Shown here: positions 48,440 through 58,226 of the stretch, piece by piece
How positions within the stretch are numbered: the first letter of the stretch is position 1
How the letters are laid out: the number at the start of each line of letters is the position of its first letter
Origin: Nanobdellota archaeon
GTDB lineage: Archaea > Nanobdellota > Nanobdellia > Pacearchaeales > GW2011-AR1
Assembly (NCBI GenBank): GCA_030648155.1
Contig: JAUSIK010000002.1
Span: 17,205-81,204 of the forward strand
DNA length: 64,000 nt
Direction: 5' to 3'
Notes under the pieces: generated by a model
The model's database searches: none
The model's input: only the letters and a program-made list of their open reading frames with translations
What the model was told of the DNA's origin: nothing
Program-made: the position numbers and the translations under genes

Positions 48440-48568
48440 TCAATGCCTGCTATAATTTACAACCAATCCATTCACCATCCCCAAATAATTAATAATTTTT
48501 AAATGTTTTACATATATATTTAATTTTTACATTTGTAAAAAATTAAATCAACCAGTTTACTTTACACC
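48440..48568 (+). repeat. Intergenic repeat family, copy D
   Basis: tcaatgcctgcta...ttttacatatatatttaatttttacatttgtaaaaaattaaatcaaccagtttactttacacc ends exactly at the thrS stop codon (48569). No plus-strand gene follows. Confidence 0.7.
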
Positions 48569-50308
48569 TTATTTCCTTTTTTCAATTCTTTCTTTAATTT
48601 CTTCAATTAGCTTATCAAATTTAACCCCAAACTTTGGCTTGCTCCCTCGCTCTCTCACAGCCAATGTTTTATTTTCTTCTTCCTTATCTCCAATTACAAT
48701 TATTATTGGTATCTTTTGCATTTCCGCATCTCGCACTTTATCAGAAACAGTAGTAGATCTAAAATCAGAATCAATTCTCAAATTAGGCAATTCTTTTTCA
48801 AAGTCTTTTACAATTTTTTCAGCAGATTTAATATTTCTATCAGTAAAGTTAATTACTCTAACTTGTAAAGGTGAAAGCCACAACGGTAAAGCACCATTTG
48901 TATGTTCTAATAGTATTCCTATGAATCTTTCAATTGATCCATAAATAACTCTATGAAGCATTATAGGCCTTTTTTTCGTGTTGTCTTTATCAGTATATTC
49001 TAAGTCAAATCTTTCCGGCATAGCAAAATCTAATTGTATAGTTGATAATTGCCAAGTTCTTTCTAGAGAGTCTTTAACATGAAAATCAATTTTTGGGCCA
49101 TAAAACGCTCCATCGCCTTTATTTACCTTATATTTTATTTTGATAGTCTTTAAGGCTTTTTCGAGCATTTTTTCTGCTCTATCCCATGTTTCATCTGAAC
49201 CAATTCTTTTTTCAGGCCTTGTTGATAGTTCAACGTGATCAAATTTCAGATCAAATTTTTTATAAAACTCTTGTATTAATTTAGCAATGTTGATTATTTC
49301 CTCTTCTGTTTGTTCTTCATGACTGCAAAATATATGTGCATCATCTTGTGTAAATTGTATTAATCTGAATAAGCCATTAAGTACTCCAGAAAGTTCTGTT
49401 CTATGAACTACACCTATTTCACCAACTCTTAATGGCATTTCTTTATATGATCTTGAATTAGCCTTAAATACAAGCATTCCACCTGGACAATTCATAGGCT
49501 TAACTAAAAATGGCCTATTTTCATATAAGGTAGTAAAATTATTTTCCCTGTATTTATCCCAGTGGCCGGAAATTTTCCATATTTTACTATCCATAATTTG
49601 AGGAGTCTTAATTTCCTGATATCCTGCTTTTTGATGTTCCTCTCTCCAAAAAGTTACTAGCTGATTGTAAATTCTAAGCCCATTATTGTGCCAGAATACC
49701 ATTCCTGGAGCCACATCATGAAAACTAAACAAATCTAATCTCTGCCCTAGTATTCTATGGTCGTTATCTTTTAATTTAGAAGTATCAAGTTTCGACCTTG
49801 AAATTTCTCTAAGTAATTGTTTTGGATCATAGTCTTCAACTTTCTCTACAGCTAATTTCCCTATTTTATTCTTTTCATCATGCACATGCGATATTTCTGT
49901 CCTGAATTCCTTGCTTAATTCAGCTAATGGATGCCCTTTGCATTTTAATTCAAATTGTTTATAGTGTCCAAAAGGAGCCCTTGTTACACTATAGCCTTCA
50001 CTTCTCAAGGTATTTTCCGCTTCAGTCATATATTCCAGTGCTGTGTCAGGATTGGACAAGTTAGAGGATAAATGTGCATAAGGGTATAATACAATATTTT
50101 TAGTTTTTACATCATTCGCTGTTTTCTTAACAGCTTCGATTAACTGCTTTACAGTCTTATCATTATCTCCTTTTTCTACAGCCGTCAAAACAACTAAAAC
50201 CTCCTCAACTTTTTGCTCCTCTTTATTTTTCAGCTCTTCAGCATTTTTAATTGCTTTTTTGACTGCCTTAAATTTAATATAATCGCAGTGCAATGTTATT
50301 ATTCTCAT
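48569..50308 (-). CDS. thrS: Threonyl-tRNA synthetase, archaeal type with N-terminal archaeal editing domain
   Basis: 579 aa. MRIITLHCDYIKFKAVKKAIKN... is of the archaeal ThrRS editing-domain type. Class II core blocks are FRLIQFTQDDAHIF, GAFYGPKIDF and HRVIYGSIERFIG. A C-terminal anticodon-binding domain is present. Confidence 0.9.
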   Translation of the reverse strand: MRIITLHCDYIKFKAVKKAIKNAEELKNKEEQKVEEVLVVLTAVEKGDNDKTVKQLIEAVKKTANDVKTKNIVLYPYAHLSSNLSNPDTALEYMTEAENTLRSEGYSVTRAPFGHYKQFELKCKGHPLAELSKEFRTEISHVHDEKNKIGKLAVEKVEDYDPKQLLREISRSKLDTSKLKDNDHRILGQRLDLFSFHDVAPGMVFWHNNGLRIYNQLVTFWREEHQKAGYQEIKTPQIMDSKIWKISGHWDKYRENNFTTLYENRPFLVKPMNCPGGMLVFKANSRSYKEMPLRVGEIGVVHRTELSGVLNGLFRLIQFTQDDAHIFCSHEEQTEEEIINIAKLIQEFYKKFDLKFDHVELSTRPEKRIGSDETWDRAEKMLEKALKTIKIKYKVNKGDGAFYGPKIDFHVKDSLERTWQLSTIQLDFAMPERFDLEYTDKDNTKKRPIMLHRVIYGSIERFIGILLEHTNGALPLWLSPLQVRVINFTDRNIKSAEKIVKDFEKELPNLRIDSDFRSTTVSDKVRDAEMQKIPIIIVIGDKEEENKTLAVRERGSKPKFGVKFDKLIEEIKERIEKRK

Positions 50309-50326
50309 GCTCTCATTTATTTACAG

Positions 50327-50340
50327 ATATTTATAAACAT
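50327..50340 (-). promoter_or_regulatory. TATA-like box of thrS
   Basis: The minus-strand reading atgtttataaatatc is centred ~26 nt upstream of the ATG at 50308. Confidence 0.5.
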
Positions 50341-50415
50341 TCTCTTATAGTCTTTTACCTCTATAAATAACCAGCATAAAAGAACAACTTATATAAACAA
50401 TTACCAATACTATAA

Positions 50416-51018
50416 TTGGTGGAACTGCTTTCCCCAAATATTAAAGATGGAATTAAAGCTCTGGATAGTAATTTTAATGAAGTATTCCTAAATAAAACCG
50501 AAGAATTTCTTGATAAAGGATTTTATATGCAAGAGAAAGATTTTCCCAAAGTTGAATTATTAATCAATAATTTGAGAAACTATGTAAAGGCAAGAGTAGA
50601 GGAAATATCTGTCGAATTAAATAATAAAGAATGGTATTTTCTAAAAAAAGTAGAAATATCTAAATTCAATTCTAAATTTAGTATAATTAGAAACAATACA
50701 CCTATAATTCCACCATCTTTCAGAGAAAAGGTAATCATGCTTGAAAAACGAGGCAAAGACCTTTTTTATATGACGGATAGGTCAGGGGAGGATATTGCAG
50801 GATTTGTAGATTATGATCAATATCACAGAGGAATAAATCAGATTTATTCACAGGGAGGAAAAAAAGAAATTGAGGGCCTTGGGAAAGTTGTTTTAGAAGG
50901 TACTAGCAATAAGAATAAAATAAATTTATCTTTAATTGACAGCGAAAACCCTAATTTATTTTATTCAGGAGTATTTAATTATAAATCACTTGCTTCCCCT
51001 CTATTTTTTAAAATATAG
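50416..51018 (+). CDS. Hypothetical protein (200 aa), non-ATG start
   Basis: A TTG (50416) or GTG (50419) start lies ~25 nt downstream of TATA cttatataaac. No family recognised. Confidence 0.45.
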   Translation: MVELLSPNIKDGIKALDSNFNEVFLNKTEEFLDKGFYMQEKDFPKVELLINNLRNYVKARVEEISVELNNKEWYFLKKVEISKFNSKFSIIRNNTPIIPPSFREKVIMLEKRGKDLFYMTDRSGEDIAGFVDYDQYHRGINQIYSQGGKKEIEGLGKVVLEGTSNKNKINLSLIDSENPNLFYSGVFNYKSLASPLFFKI

Positions 51019-51155
51019 TCAAGGACACTGAATTTTTAACATTTGTGCCTTAACTATTTAGGGGAAGACATATATTCTTATTCAATTATTTATGTCTTTC
51101 ACTATAGATAAAAAATACAGCTAAAGTTTTTAAACCATATTTCCTTAACTTGACA

Positions 51156-51425
51156 ATGGACAATAAAGAGGAAATATCTTCAGAATTTAGGGAGTTAACT
51201 GATAAAGTCATAGAGTTTACAGGCAATAAAGGCCTTGTTTCTAGGTCGCATATCTTAGAAAAATTCTCGATAAGTGGAGAAGAGAGAGTGCATAATGCGG
51301 TAAAATATTGTGTCGAAAATCATTTACTTAATCCTTATTATTCTCATTGCTCTGTCACAACACAGATAAAAGATGATAATGTATATTACGGTGCCTCATT
51401 TCAGAATAGAGATTCTCATTTATAA
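51156..51425 (+). CDS. Hypothetical small protein (possible winged-helix)
   Basis: ATG 51156 is preferred over TTG 51150. TATA aagtttttaaacc lies at 51124-51136. An inverted repeat aagacata/tatgtctt lies upstream (about 51077-51110). Confidence 0.4.
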   Translation: MDNKEEISSEFRELTDKVIEFTGNKGLVSRSHILEKFSISGEERVHNAVKYCVENHLLNPYYSHCSVTTQIKDDNVYYGASFQNRDSHL

Positions 51426-51790
51426 CATTTTGACAAGACTTTTAAATCATTAAGGCTTTTAGTCCCATAGTGCATGGTATAATTAATTTCCCAAGCAGGC
51501 ACACTTTTAATGTTAGAGCATTCAATTGGCTCTTTCGAACAATCAATATAATCTAATAATTTAAAGGCAACAGCTCCAAAAATTTCTTTTTGTTCATTGC
51601 AGTCAGGACAGGTTTTAGAGCCATAAAACTTTGCCCCCCCATCTGTAAGGCATCTTGCAAGGTCATTAGTAGGGTCATCATTAATTAAATATCCCGTAGT
51701 TTTTGAAAACCAATCTGAAAAATTATACAATACAACTATCAATAATACGGCCAAAGTAAAAGTAGTAATCACCTTGAATCTTTTCTCCAT
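51416..51790 (-). CDS. Membrane-anchored thioredoxin-like thiol-disulfide oxidoreductase
   Basis: An N-terminal TM helix is followed by FYGSKTCPDCNEQKEIFG. This matches the (Y/F)GAxWCPxCxxQKxxFG thioredoxin-like module known from VKOR-associated domains. Further Cys residues lie downstream. Confidence 0.6.
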   Translation of the reverse strand: MEKRFKVITTFTLAVLLIVVLYNFSDWFSKTTGYLINDDPTNDLARCLTDGGAKFYGSKTCPDCNEQKEIFGAVAFKLLDYIDCSKEPIECSNIKSVPAWEINYTMHYGTKSLNDLKVLSKCYK

Positions 51791-51868
51791 TGCTATTGAA
51801 CATCCATCCTGTTTTTATTCCTTTCTATGATAAATCTTATCATTACATATATAAAATAACTCTGTTTA

Positions 51869-51969
51869 TGACCTGCAACCATTATATCTCCCCCAGGTTA
51901 TTTTACTTTTTTACATATATTGTTAATATTTACATTTGTAAAAAATGAGGTAATATAGTTTATTTTACC
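51869..51969 (+). repeat. Intergenic repeat family, copy E
   Basis: tgacctgcaacc...ttttttacatatattgttaatatttacatttgtaaaaaatgaggtaatatagtttattttacc is followed by the lemA TATA box. Confidence 0.7.
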
Positions 51970-51978
51970 ATTACAGAA

Positions 51979-51990
51979 ACATTTATAAGT
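51979..51990 (+). promoter_or_regulatory. TATA-like box of lemA
   Basis: acatttataagt is centred ~26 nt upstream of ATG 52011. Confidence 0.5.
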
Positions 51991-52010
51991 TCTTTATCAT
52001 AATTTTACCT

Positions 52011-52571
52011 ATGGCATTAAGCATTTTATTATGGATTATAATAGCTTTTCTTGCAATAATTGTTATTATGTTTGTTTTCTATTATAATAGATTCGTAGTT
52101 TTAGGAAATAGAATAGATAATTCTCTAGCTCAAATTGATGTTCAATTAAAGAAAAGGGCAGATCTAGTTCCAAATTTGATAAGTTCCATAAAAGGTTACG
52201 TAAAGCATGAAAAGGGAGTTATAACTGAAGTTACAAATGCAAGGAAAGCAATGCTTTCAGGTAAAACACTTCCAGAAAGGGCAAAAGCAGGTTCAGAATT
52301 ACAAACAGCACTTAAATCAATATTCGCATTGGCAGAAAATTATCCTCAATTAAGAGCCAACGAAAACTTCCTTCAATTACAGCAGGAATTATCGGCTATC
52401 GAAGATAAAATAGCCTATACGAGGCAATTCTATAACGACTCAATTTTATCATACAACAATTCAGTTGAATCATTCCCCGGGGTTATGTTTGCAAAGATCT
52501 ATGGAAAAACAGAAAAGCCTTCATTGGAAATAGCCCCAGAAGAGCGCGCAGTTCCAAAAGTAGATTTCTAA
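52011..52571 (+). CDS. lemA: LemA family protein
   Basis: N-terminal TM helix. YYNRFVVLGNRIDNSLAQIDVQLKKRADLVPNL...AENYPQLRANENFLQLQQEL...YNNSVESFPG matches LemA throughout. Confidence 0.85.
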   Translation: MALSILLWIIIAFLAIIVIMFVFYYNRFVVLGNRIDNSLAQIDVQLKKRADLVPNLISSIKGYVKHEKGVITEVTNARKAMLSGKTLPERAKAGSELQTALKSIFALAENYPQLRANENFLQLQQELSAIEDKIAYTRQFYNDSILSYNNSVESFPGVMFAKIYGKTEKPSLEIAPEERAVPKVDF

Positions 52572-52576
52572 AATCG

Positions 52577-52667
52577 CAAAACTCTTCAGGTTTAGTGGTT
52601 TTGTGAGAACCGGGAGAAATCGACATAACAAACTCCAGCTTTAAAGCTGGATTTCTCACGAGTATTA
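52577..52667 (+). repeat. Conserved hairpin + inverted-repeat cassette, copy 2
   Basis: See 17921-18013. Here it lies entirely in the lemA-to-52710 spacer. Its variable core is the perfect palindrome ccagctttaaagctgg (52635-52650). Confidence 0.8.
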
Positions 52668-52677
52668 ATAAACCAAT

Positions 52678-52690
52678 AGGTTTAAAAGTA
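52678..52690 (+). promoter_or_regulatory. TATA-like box of 52710 lipoprotein gene
   Basis: aggtttaaaagta is centred ~26 nt upstream of ATG 52710. Confidence 0.5.
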
Positions 52691-52709
52691 AAAAACAAGC
52701 TCTATTTTA

Positions 52710-54194
52710 ATGAGAGAATCATTAAAATTAGGACTTGCAGCAATACTTGCCTTTTCTAGCTCTTGCTCTCGTCAAGAGTTGCCCCAGCCAGTACATCCTA
52801 ATCCTTTCTATGCCTCTATAGAAAGAGAAATAAGAAAGAATGACAATTGGGTGGAGGGCTTCATTACAGAAGATGCTTCTGAAACAAATAATGATGGCTT
52901 TATTTCATTAATGATTTACGGTGAGGAAGAATTAAAAAGTTTAGCTGAAATGGGAATTTCACCCCCCATTGCAAGTTATAACCCAAAATCAAAAGTACTT
53001 TTACTTCCTAATTATCCTAATGAATCAGAAAATGCAGAAGTATTAAATGCTATAGACCACGAGTTGTGGCACACACTTTACAATTCTAAAGACATCAATG
53101 GATTAACCAGTTCAAATTTTTATAAAGGCCCATCTCAAGAGGAAATTTCAAATTATGTCCAAGTAAAAACAAATAATAATGAATTCGACAAATTAAAATC
53201 CTCGATTGCTAAAGTTGAATATATTGAAGATTTTAAGGTTTTATCTGCAGAATTTGCAGATTACTATGGGCAATACGCTGAATTATTAGAAAGTTATAAT
53301 TCTCAAGTTAGTAAGAACGATAATAATTCATTGAAAGAATACCTCTCTGAAGAAGAAAAAAGGAGAATAGATGAAGAAAGAAAAACAATTCACAATAAAA
53401 TTAATCAATTTAAACCAATACTAGAAAAAATATACGATTGGAGAGAAGAAATTGTTAAGGGTAATAATAGGTCAAATTTGTCCTTATTAGAATCTACCTT
53501 AGATGATCTATCTGCACTAAAAAACAAATTTGAATCCTATACTAAAGAGTTATCCCAATTTAAAGATTTGCCCAAAATCAATAAAAATTTTAACTCCAAA
53601 GAAAATACCATTTATGAGCAAGCTGAAGAAAGACATTTTCAAGCAGAAATAAAATCATTAGAGGACAAACTTTCTAAATCCCATTCAGAAACAGAAAGGG
53701 AAATTTTAATTTCAAGAATTAGTTGGGATAAACAACATCATCAAGAAATGTCTAAAATAAAATCATTTGAAAACCAAATACCTTCTTTTCTTGACTCCAT
53801 TATTTTTAGTCATAAATACAAAGCCCAAATTGTGGCAGATGCCAATAAAAATTCTGCAAAAGATATATTATCTACAGATGAAGTAATGGCAAGAATTGTG
53901 GATTCTTTATATAGCCTTTATTTTGATGAAGTTACCCAACATAATTTTCCATTAAATAAGGAAGATTTAAATTTTCTTTCCGGATTTGAATATAAAGGCA
54001 AAAAAATATTCAAAAAAGGTATAGAGAAGTATACACTAGGTTTAGAAATGATTGGAGATGGAGTTTCTAAAGACGAGATAAAAAAACAATTAGAATATTC
54101 TACCTCATTCACTTATAAGGGTAGAACATATAACTGGCCAGAATCAAAGTTTTCAATTAAAGGAAATTTACCAATGTGGAATTTAATCAAATAA
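52710..54194 (+). CDS. Putative lipoprotein, Lys/Glu/Asn-rich, unknown function
   Basis: MRESLKLGLAAILAFSSSCS is a signal peptide with a lipobox-like Cys. A possible HELWH motif (IDHELWHTLY) is the only metalloprotease-like hint, and it is weak. Confidence 0.55.
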   Translation: MRESLKLGLAAILAFSSSCSRQELPQPVHPNPFYASIEREIRKNDNWVEGFITEDASETNNDGFISLMIYGEEELKSLAEMGISPPIASYNPKSKVLLLPNYPNESENAEVLNAIDHELWHTLYNSKDINGLTSSNFYKGPSQEEISNYVQVKTNNNEFDKLKSSIAKVEYIEDFKVLSAEFADYYGQYAELLESYNSQVSKNDNNSLKEYLSEEEKRRIDEERKTIHNKINQFKPILEKIYDWREEIVKGNNRSNLSLLESTLDDLSALKNKFESYTKELSQFKDLPKINKNFNSKENTIYEQAEERHFQAEIKSLEDKLSKSHSETEREILISRISWDKQHHQEMSKIKSFENQIPSFLDSIIFSHKYKAQIVADANKNSAKDILSTDEVMARIVDSLYSLYFDEVTQHNFPLNKEDLNFLSGFEYKGKKIFKKGIEKYTLGLEMIGDGVSKDEIKKQLEYSTSFTYKGRTYNWPESKFSIKGNLPMWNLIK

Positions 54195-54197
54195 ATT

Positions 54198-54210
54198 AAT
54201 TTTAAATACC
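54198..54210 (+). promoter_or_regulatory. TATA-like box of htpX
   Basis: aattttaaatacc is centred ~26 nt upstream of ATG 54230. Confidence 0.5.
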
Positions 54211-54229
54211 TATCCCCCTTATAATATTC

Positions 54230-55132
54230 ATGACAGAAAGGCTTTCATTTCACGAAGAAATTCAAAAAAACAAATTAAAATCTATTTTCTTAATTGTAAT
54301 AATTTTCATATTCTTCATTGGCCTAGGATATATCATTGCCAAGGTTATGGATACATCATATTTTTTCTTAATAATGATAATAGCAATAATATTCTCTCTA
54401 GGTTATGTTCTATTAAGTTATTATAACTCGGATAAAATAGCCTTACTATCAGTCAATGCAAAACCAGCATCGCAAACAGAGCACAGGGCACTATTTCACG
54501 CAGTTGAATCAATGTCTCTGGCATCAGGATTGCCTATGCCAAAAGTTTACATTATGAATTCAGAGCAAATTAATGCTTTTGCATCAGGGAGAGATCCACA
54601 GCATGCGGTAATTTGTGTAACAACTGGAATGTTAAATAAATTAAATAAGCAGGAGCTAGAGGGAGTAATCGCCCATGAAATGTCCCATATAGCAAATTAT
54701 GATATTCGTTTTATGACTTTAACAGCGGTACTAGTAGGAATGGTCTCAATTATAGCTCAATTATTCCTAAGAAATATTTGGATTGCTAAATCAGATGGGG
54801 ATAATAAAAAAGGAAATGCTATTCTTCTAATAATTGCTCTAGTAGCCGCAATTTTAGCCCCTCTAGCAGTAAAATTGATATCATTAGCTATATCAAGAAA
54901 AAGAGAATTTACTGCGGATGCGACAGGAGTTAAATTTGTTCGCTCTCCAACAGGCCTTAAAAGTGCCCTGCAAAAAATTAGAGACGAACATGTCTCTCGT
55001 CAAGACCTGCAAAGGTATCCAAAAGCAGTCGCCCCATTATTTATAGGCGACCCTTATAAGAAGAAGTTCCAGGATGTTTTTTCAACACATCCAGATGTGA
55101 ATGAAAGAATAAGAAGATTATCGCAAATGTAG
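54230..55132 (+). CDS. htpX: M48-family zinc metalloprotease HtpX
   Basis: Two N-terminal TM helices, NAFASG, the HEMSHIANYD zinc motif, two more TM helices, and the C-terminal REFTADATG...STHPDVNERIRRL. Confidence 0.85.
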   Translation: MTERLSFHEEIQKNKLKSIFLIVIIFIFFIGLGYIIAKVMDTSYFFLIMIIAIIFSLGYVLLSYYNSDKIALLSVNAKPASQTEHRALFHAVESMSLASGLPMPKVYIMNSEQINAFASGRDPQHAVICVTTGMLNKLNKQELEGVIAHEMSHIANYDIRFMTLTAVLVGMVSIIAQLFLRNIWIAKSDGDNKKGNAILLIIALVAAILAPLAVKLISLAISRKREFTADATGVKFVRSPTGLKSALQKIRDEHVSRQDLQRYPKAVAPLFIGDPYKKKFQDVFSTHPDVNERIRRLSQM

Positions 55133-56353
55133 TTAAGCTGTTTTAACCCAATTAGGTCTCCACGAAGTATATTCATTATCGGTAAATATATATTTATTAG
55201 GATTTTTAATATATTCCTCCATAAATTTATCTAAACTTTTTCCATTTTCCTGCTTAACAATATAATGTGCAAAATCAATAATATTCATTATATTATCTTG
55301 CATTTTTATAGCTATATCCTCTCCTCTATAAACTTTTTCAGCGCCAGCATTTCGCATATTTTGTATAGTCCTGTTCGCCATTATTAATGGCACTGCACAA
55401 AATGCCCTATACCCGCTTAATGATTGAGGTATAGATTTGATATATTCTACTGAACTATCAAAATTATTTTCAGCAAGCAGTAAAACATCATTTAATACTT
55501 TTTGTCTAGCTGATTCAGCATCTACACCCTTGCCGTCCATCATATATTCATAACTGACTTCTTTAGGTATAAATTCTCTAGGGAAAAATCTTCTGTTTTC
55601 TTTAAAATCAGTTCTTATATTTTTTGAAATATTTGTAAGCTGTAAATACTCCCCAAATTTCTGGGCCAAATTGTCGTTTAATCTAATAATTTTCCCCTTC
55701 ACAGGATCCTTATACTCGATCAATCTATTTAAAAAACCACTTCCAATCCTTCCAGCTACATGAAAACAATAGTCATGAAGTTGTTCTTTTGTTTGGATAG
55801 GGCCCCTTTCTAAGAATCTAGTCATCCCATCAGCCATGCTTTTTACACAATAATCTATGGATTCTCTAATTTCCCTGCCTTTAGGTTCTTTTCCAATTTC
55901 ATATAAATCTCTTAATACTATCCCCTTGCCAAAATGCTCTACAAATACTCGGGCTTTATCATCAATAGCATTATCGACTAATTTTTTAGTAACGCTCTGA
56001 AGATCTTCGCCATTTATTAAATCCTCAATTCCCCCAGAATGAGCAGGATCTCTTCTTACTACCTCTCCGATAAGGTAAGACAATCTATTAATAACCCAAA
56101 CTTTATCATTATTGCTTAATGTATCAGGAGCATCCTCGCTTTCATCTAATTCTCTTAATAAATTATAAGTCGTTCTAACATGAATCTCTTTATCAGATTC
56201 ATTCTTTCCTCTTGATATTCCAAGCAATTTTATAGGGGAGTAAAAACTAACAGATTTCACAGCAAGTAAATCATCTGAAGTCAAAGTTTCCCCTCGTTGA
56301 CTCTTTTGAATTATCTCATACGGCCTTGGCCAGGGGAATAATGAATTTACCAT
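55133..56353 (-). CDS. Squalene/phytoene-synthase-family (head-to-head trans-IPPS) homolog, divergent
   Basis: DYCFHVAGRIGSGF and LQLTNISKNIRTDFKENRRFFPRE resemble the YCyyVAGxVG and LQxTNIxRDxxED..gRxFxP blocks. The Asp-rich motifs look degenerate by eye. Confidence 0.5.
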   Translation of the reverse strand: MVNSLFPWPRPYEIIQKSQRGETLTSDDLLAVKSVSFYSPIKLLGISRGKNESDKEIHVRTTYNLLRELDESEDAPDTLSNNDKVWVINRLSYLIGEVVRRDPAHSGGIEDLINGEDLQSVTKKLVDNAIDDKARVFVEHFGKGIVLRDLYEIGKEPKGREIRESIDYCVKSMADGMTRFLERGPIQTKEQLHDYCFHVAGRIGSGFLNRLIEYKDPVKGKIIRLNDNLAQKFGEYLQLTNISKNIRTDFKENRRFFPREFIPKEVSYEYMMDGKGVDAESARQKVLNDVLLLAENNFDSSVEYIKSIPQSLSGYRAFCAVPLIMANRTIQNMRNAGAEKVYRGEDIAIKMQDNIMNIIDFAHYIVKQENGKSLDKFMEEYIKNPNKYIFTDNEYTSWRPNWVKTA

Positions 56354-56487
56354 ATTAAAGTAGCACTTTCTTTATTTATTAATTTATCGTCGTGAATGTT
56401 TGTTCCCAGTTGATAGTAAAAAATCTCTGAATGAACAAAAAGAAACCCTAATAAACCCCTTTTACCCAAATAAGTATGAGGTGAATC

Positions 56488-57642
56488 ATGTTAACTATAT
56501 TCGAATTAATAATATTCTGGCTTATATTTGACGGCCCTTATATGCTTTACAGATCACTGCTATTTTTTGCCTATAATAGAAAAATAACTGCACTCTCAAA
56601 ACCAAGAGCAACAATCCTGATACCAGCATACAACGAGGAGTTAAGTATTGAAAAAACTCTAAGATCATGTATTCATCAGTCATATCCTAATTTAGAAATA
56701 ATTGTAATAAACGATGGAAGCAAAGATTCAACCGCTGAAATTGTTAAAAATTTTATTCTTCACCATAGGCATAAAAACATAAGATTAATTAATCAGGAAA
56801 ATCAAGGAAAAGCCAGAGCATTAAACAATGGTTTAAAAAAAGCTAATTCCGAGTTTTTAATAACAATAGATGCGGATTCTTATCTCCATCATAAATCTGT
56901 AGAACTTTTAATGGCTAAATTTAAATCTAAAAAAGTTGGTGCTGTAGCTGGAAACATTGTGGCACTATCACGTCATAAGCTTCTAGGTTATATACAAAAA
57001 ATGGAGTACGAGATAAGCACTCATTTTTTGAGGGAATCTCAAAGCGCATTAGGGGCGGTTACAGTTACACCTGGAGCTTTTTCAGGATACAGAAGATCCG
57101 CATTGATAAAATTTGAAGAAGGAACATTAACAGAAGATTTTGATAGTTCGGCAAAAGTTCTAGATAGAGGTTATGAAATTATTATTGCTGTTGACGCTTT
57201 ATGTTATACGCAAGTTCCATTAAATATTATAGACATAATTAAACAAAGAATAAGGTGGCAGCAAGGAGGAATAGAAGTTTTTTCCAAGCATTTATTTGAG
57301 AACAAACGATTTTTAGTTTCTTTAGAAATGTTTCTTATATTTTTTTATGGATTCTATGGGCTTTTCCCTAAGATTTTAACTTTTCTAATTCTTCCATTGA
57401 ACTTATATTCATTTAACATCTCCACCTTTTTATTTGGATTATTAATATTTTTAATTTACTTCACATTGATTTGGAGCATTAAACTAGCTGTAATCGGTAT
57501 GAAAGACATAGGATATTATCTTATAGTCCCATTATTCTTAATATATTGGTATACTATAATATTATATTCAATTTTGGCAGCGCAAATAATGGTTTTCAAA
57601 AAAAATAAGAGGTGGGGAACATTGCAAAGATACCGTATGTAA
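56488..57642 (+). CDS. Family 2 glycosyltransferase, processive (QxxRW) membrane type
   Basis: ILIPAYNEE, INDGSKDST, TIDADS and QRIRWQQG are followed by 4-5 TM helices. Confidence 0.8.
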   Translation: MLTIFELIIFWLIFDGPYMLYRSLLFFAYNRKITALSKPRATILIPAYNEELSIEKTLRSCIHQSYPNLEIIVINDGSKDSTAEIVKNFILHHRHKNIRLINQENQGKARALNNGLKKANSEFLITIDADSYLHHKSVELLMAKFKSKKVGAVAGNIVALSRHKLLGYIQKMEYEISTHFLRESQSALGAVTVTPGAFSGYRRSALIKFEEGTLTEDFDSSAKVLDRGYEIIIAVDALCYTQVPLNIIDIIKQRIRWQQGGIEVFSKHLFENKRFLVSLEMFLIFFYGFYGLFPKILTFLILPLNLYSFNISTFLFGLLIFLIYFTLIWSIKLAVIGMKDIGYYLIVPLFLIYWYTIILYSILAAQIMVFKKNKRWGTLQRYRM

Positions 57643-57935
57643 AGGAAGTTATTATTTACTTTATTAAATTTATTGCAATATTCTTATTATTACGAGAAGT
57701 GTTTGCTTATTTAGGCCTTCTAAATATTCAGCTATTGGAAATACTGGCATTATTTGCAGCTTTTCCAATGAAATTTATCTTTCAATTAATGTTTATAGCA
57801 GTTTATTTTGTCTTTTTCTTTATAACCAAGGATACTTCTTCAGAGTTCGCTTTGTTATTTATTTATCTTCTTAATACATTATTAAATACATTTTTAATAA
57901 TGATTCATGTTAAATATTTGACACTGAAAAAGTAA
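57612..57935 (+). CDS. Small hydrophobic membrane protein (uncertain)
   Basis: A GTG start overlaps the GT2 gene by 31 nt. Three hydrophobic helices; ORF only. Confidence 0.35.
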   Translation: MGNIAKIPYVKEVIIYFIKFIAIFLLLREVFAYLGLLNIQLLEILALFAAFPMKFIFQLMFIAVYFVFFFITKDTSSEFALLFIYLLNTLLNTFLIMIHVKYLTLKK

Positions 57936-57983
57936 TTATACCTATATAGATAATATTATTAATAACCTATTATTGCCTATTAT

Positions 57984-58226
57984 ATGGAAATGAAATATCA
58001 TGCAGATATAGTTATAAATAAAGAAAAATTAAGTACAGGAAAGTCTTTTTTTGTAGCTCATTGTGTAAATTTAGGTATAGCTTCTCAAGGATCAAGCACA
58101 GACGAGGCTTTAGAAAATATAAAAGAGGCTATTGAATTGTATTTAGAAGAACAAGAAGAGGATTATGAAAAGCTATCATTATCTAAAGATCCATCTATTT
58201 TTTCAATTATCAAGATAAAAAAATGA
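57984..58226 (+). CDS. HicB/UPF0150-like antitoxin-fold protein (orphan)
   Basis: FFVAHCVNLGIASQGSSTDEALENIKEAIELYLEE is typical of the HicB N-terminal fold. No adjacent HicA gene. Confidence 0.6.
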   Translation: MEMKYHADIVINKEKLSTGKSFFVAHCVNLGIASQGSSTDEALENIKEAIELYLEEQEEDYEKLSLSKDPSIFSIIKIKK

